Of a DNA stretch of 64,000 nt, positions 61,832-64,000 are shown in pieces; positions within the stretch are counted from its first letter, which is position 1, and every line of letters begins with the position of its first letter. Under the pieces are notes generated by a model that had not been told where the DNA came from, ran no database searches, and was given only the letters and a program-made list of their open reading frames with translations. Source of the DNA: Octopus bimaculoides (lineage: Eukaryota); NCBI RefSeq assembly GCF_001194135.2, contig NC_068998.1:52785068-52849067 (forward strand), read 5' to 3'. The position numbers and the translations under genes were made by a program.

Positions 61832-63131
61832 AAAACAGCGAAAGTAAACCTAATGTGCAACACACGCACGTGACCTGACACTCACATCAAAATAAATACG
61901 CCATCAATACCAAGTTATAAAAGTTCTCGCCTGAAGATGACAGTGGCTTGAAACCCGACTCATGAAACAAACTCATCTTAGTTTCAATATATACATATAC
62001 ACCCTCCCCACTCACACACACGCACACATGTATGAAACAGATTTTCGTTTAAACATTAAAGAAAAAAACACAAGTATGATCGAGTTTAATCGATTATATT
62101 AAATTTTTTCCATATTTTTTTGTTGCTGAAATTGAAAAGTTATTGTTTGAAACTAAACATAAAAAATATGAAAATTTTTTTAATAAATAATAATAAACTC
62201 GAACACATTCTGTTTTACATACGTATGCATATGTGTGTGTGTATGTGTGTGTGCGATTATTTGCGTAAATGCATATGCGGTCGTGTTTTGATTTTATACA
62301 AGAAATCTCGATAATTGATCTACATAACAACACCAATGTAGCTCGACGTATTGATACTGACTTTTTCTATAGTTTTGAACATAATGTTATGAACAATTTT
62401 GGCCAATGTGCAAGAGGTAAAATGACACCACACTCGCTTTCCTTTGTTTTTAAATATATAGGGTAGACATTAAAGATTTATCAGTGTTAGTTGTCATGAC
62501 AACCATGTCTGTACCAAATGAAGTTTTGTGCTGTCTTTATAAGAAAGTTCTAAAAACTTTCTGATTCTCCCACATAGGAAAAGTCCAATGCTAGTAATAT
62601 ATAAGGACTTCATATCAAAAAGTGTTTGCACACAGAAAACTCAACAACTATTCAAACGATTCTGTTTGAAGATCTCTCAAGTGAGCCCCGAGGTTTCCGG
62701 TTGAGAAAGTTGGAGTTTAAGCGGATTTTCAACTCTTCTACGCCGAGTAATCATGACAAAACCACTGCATGCGTCGCCAGGCAACCGTGGGTTTAACTCT
62801 CCATGTGCCACTGAGACTCATTATTAATTTCTAGATTAGTAAACTGCAGGAGACGTAAAATAATGAGCTTGGCTGAAAAACAAACAGCACTTCAAGGAGC
62901 GATATTCCAGCCCACGATATAAACCCTACCTCCAAACCACCAGGCTTCCTGCCTCTACAATGCGTGGCCATCTTACAATTAAGCTCAAAGTGTCGCTATC
63001 ACACATTCCAATTTCCATCAATCTTATTTTTTGGACGGATAACTTTATTTGATAATTAATTCAATTGTAATCCGGGATACTGGCATCTGCCTCCCATTGA
63101 TTTTGTTTTTCGATATTAGGTTCGAAATAAG

Positions 63132-63302
63132 GTAGCGAACTGGCAGAATCGTTAGCACGCCGGACGAAATGCTTAGCGTCATTTCGTCTGTTTTCAAATT
63201 CCGCCGAGGACGACTTTCTTTTTCATCCTTTCAAGGTCGATGATACTTATTTTATCCTCCCCCGAAATAGGTGGCCTTGTGCCAAAATTTTAAATCAATA
63301 TT
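63132..63302 (+). mobile_element. SINE family A with internal deletions
   Basis: GCGAACTGGCAGAATCGTTAGCACGCCGGACGAAATGCTTAGCG...CAAATTCCGCCGAGG...GGCCTTGTGCCAAAATTT. Confidence 0.85.
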
Positions 63303-64000
63303 AGGCTAGAAAGAAAATCCTGTCGGATTTTAAGACGAGGGTGGGCGAAAGCAAATGCTCCTCGGGCCTTAATTAGGGTAATCTCTGCCCACATTGTTAA
63401 TAAGGTAAGCTTCGTTTCTACTGACGGAACGAGCGTTCCTGTTCTTTCCATTTTTGAAGATCCCATTAGGAATTCATGCTCGCACGCCAGGCAGTGTCTC
63501 ACGTGGTTCTGATCTGAACTCACATTCAAAGGGTAAATCGGTTGGAATTTAATTATTTTAGTATTAAGTAATTTGTAAAGAAATTTTTTTTAAATGCCTT
63601 ACAATGTAAAAATTAATAATTATTTTAATGGAAATGTTGAAAAAAAAAAAACACTTTCAATGCGATCATGTCAAAAATGTGACACGAATTTTTAGGCGAT
63701 TTAATTAGTAAACCTGTTCTATCGATGTTCATTTTATATTTTAGTATTATTGTATTTAAATTTGTGTTGGTATCTGTAATGAATTTGTAACTGCTCAAAA
63801 TATCTTTTTTTTTACTTGCTCAAACAATCCTTCCTTCATATACACCATCTTAACTCTCTCGATATGTGTTACTTTTTTATATTACTTTCCAACTGGCAGT
63901 ATGCTATATGCGCAATTATAAAACACATGCCGTATTTACTTAATTATGTTATTATATATTAAGACATTGCGACTGCTATAATTTCTTTCCTTCTGAATTT

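Noticed and set aside
61921-61947. Second hammerhead-like motif CTGAAGATGACAGTGGCTTGAAAC
   Set aside because: Stem II does not pair properly and no stem I or III can be formed.
1-64000. CRISPR arrays, operons, rRNA or other prokaryotic systems
   Set aside because: There are no regularly spaced repeats with unique spacers, no gene-dense coding sequence and no rRNA motifs; the repeats are dispersed eukaryotic retroelements.

Overview
This is not a prokaryotic window. It is AT-rich, microsatellite-dense animal genomic DNA from a draft scaffold. There are 14 N-gaps, most flanked by (AT)n, (AG)n or (GT)n. The repeat content matches what I recall of Octopus genomes; that assignment is an inference, not a search result. 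I cannot support any protein-coding gene, rRNA, true tRNA gene or CRISPR array. Almost all entries in the ORF track come from microsatellites or N-runs. The window reads as long intronic or intergenic sequence dominated by tRNA-derived SINEs, which I label by internal similarity. Family A: GGCGAGCTGGCAGAATCGTTAGCACG...TGAGTTCAAATTCCGCCGAGGTCGACTTT. Family B: ...GGTTCAGTCCCACTGCGTGGCACCTTGGGCAAG...GACTGAAACAAGTAAAAG. Family C: head GTGGTTAGGGCAGCGGACT. Family D: head ending in GTGTCCTTGAGCAAGACAC. Family E: an unclassified dispersed repeat with the motif GATTTGGCTGCTATTTCTAG. A-D probably overlap the published octopus OK/OR1/OR2 SINEs, but I cannot map names with certainty. Also present are decayed LINE fragments (R4/Dong-like, RTE, CR1/L2-like, Tx1-like), a Helentron-type non-autonomous element, a hAT-like MITE and a mariner-like remnant. 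The most interesting items are: a hammerhead ribozyme core inside a Penelope-like fold-back at 23.2 kb; a 30-bp hairpin at 41.1 kb (pre-miRNA or ADAR-substrate candidate); clear module swapping among the SINEs; and several strong, phase-compatible minus-strand splice signals that may mark an unannotated transcript.
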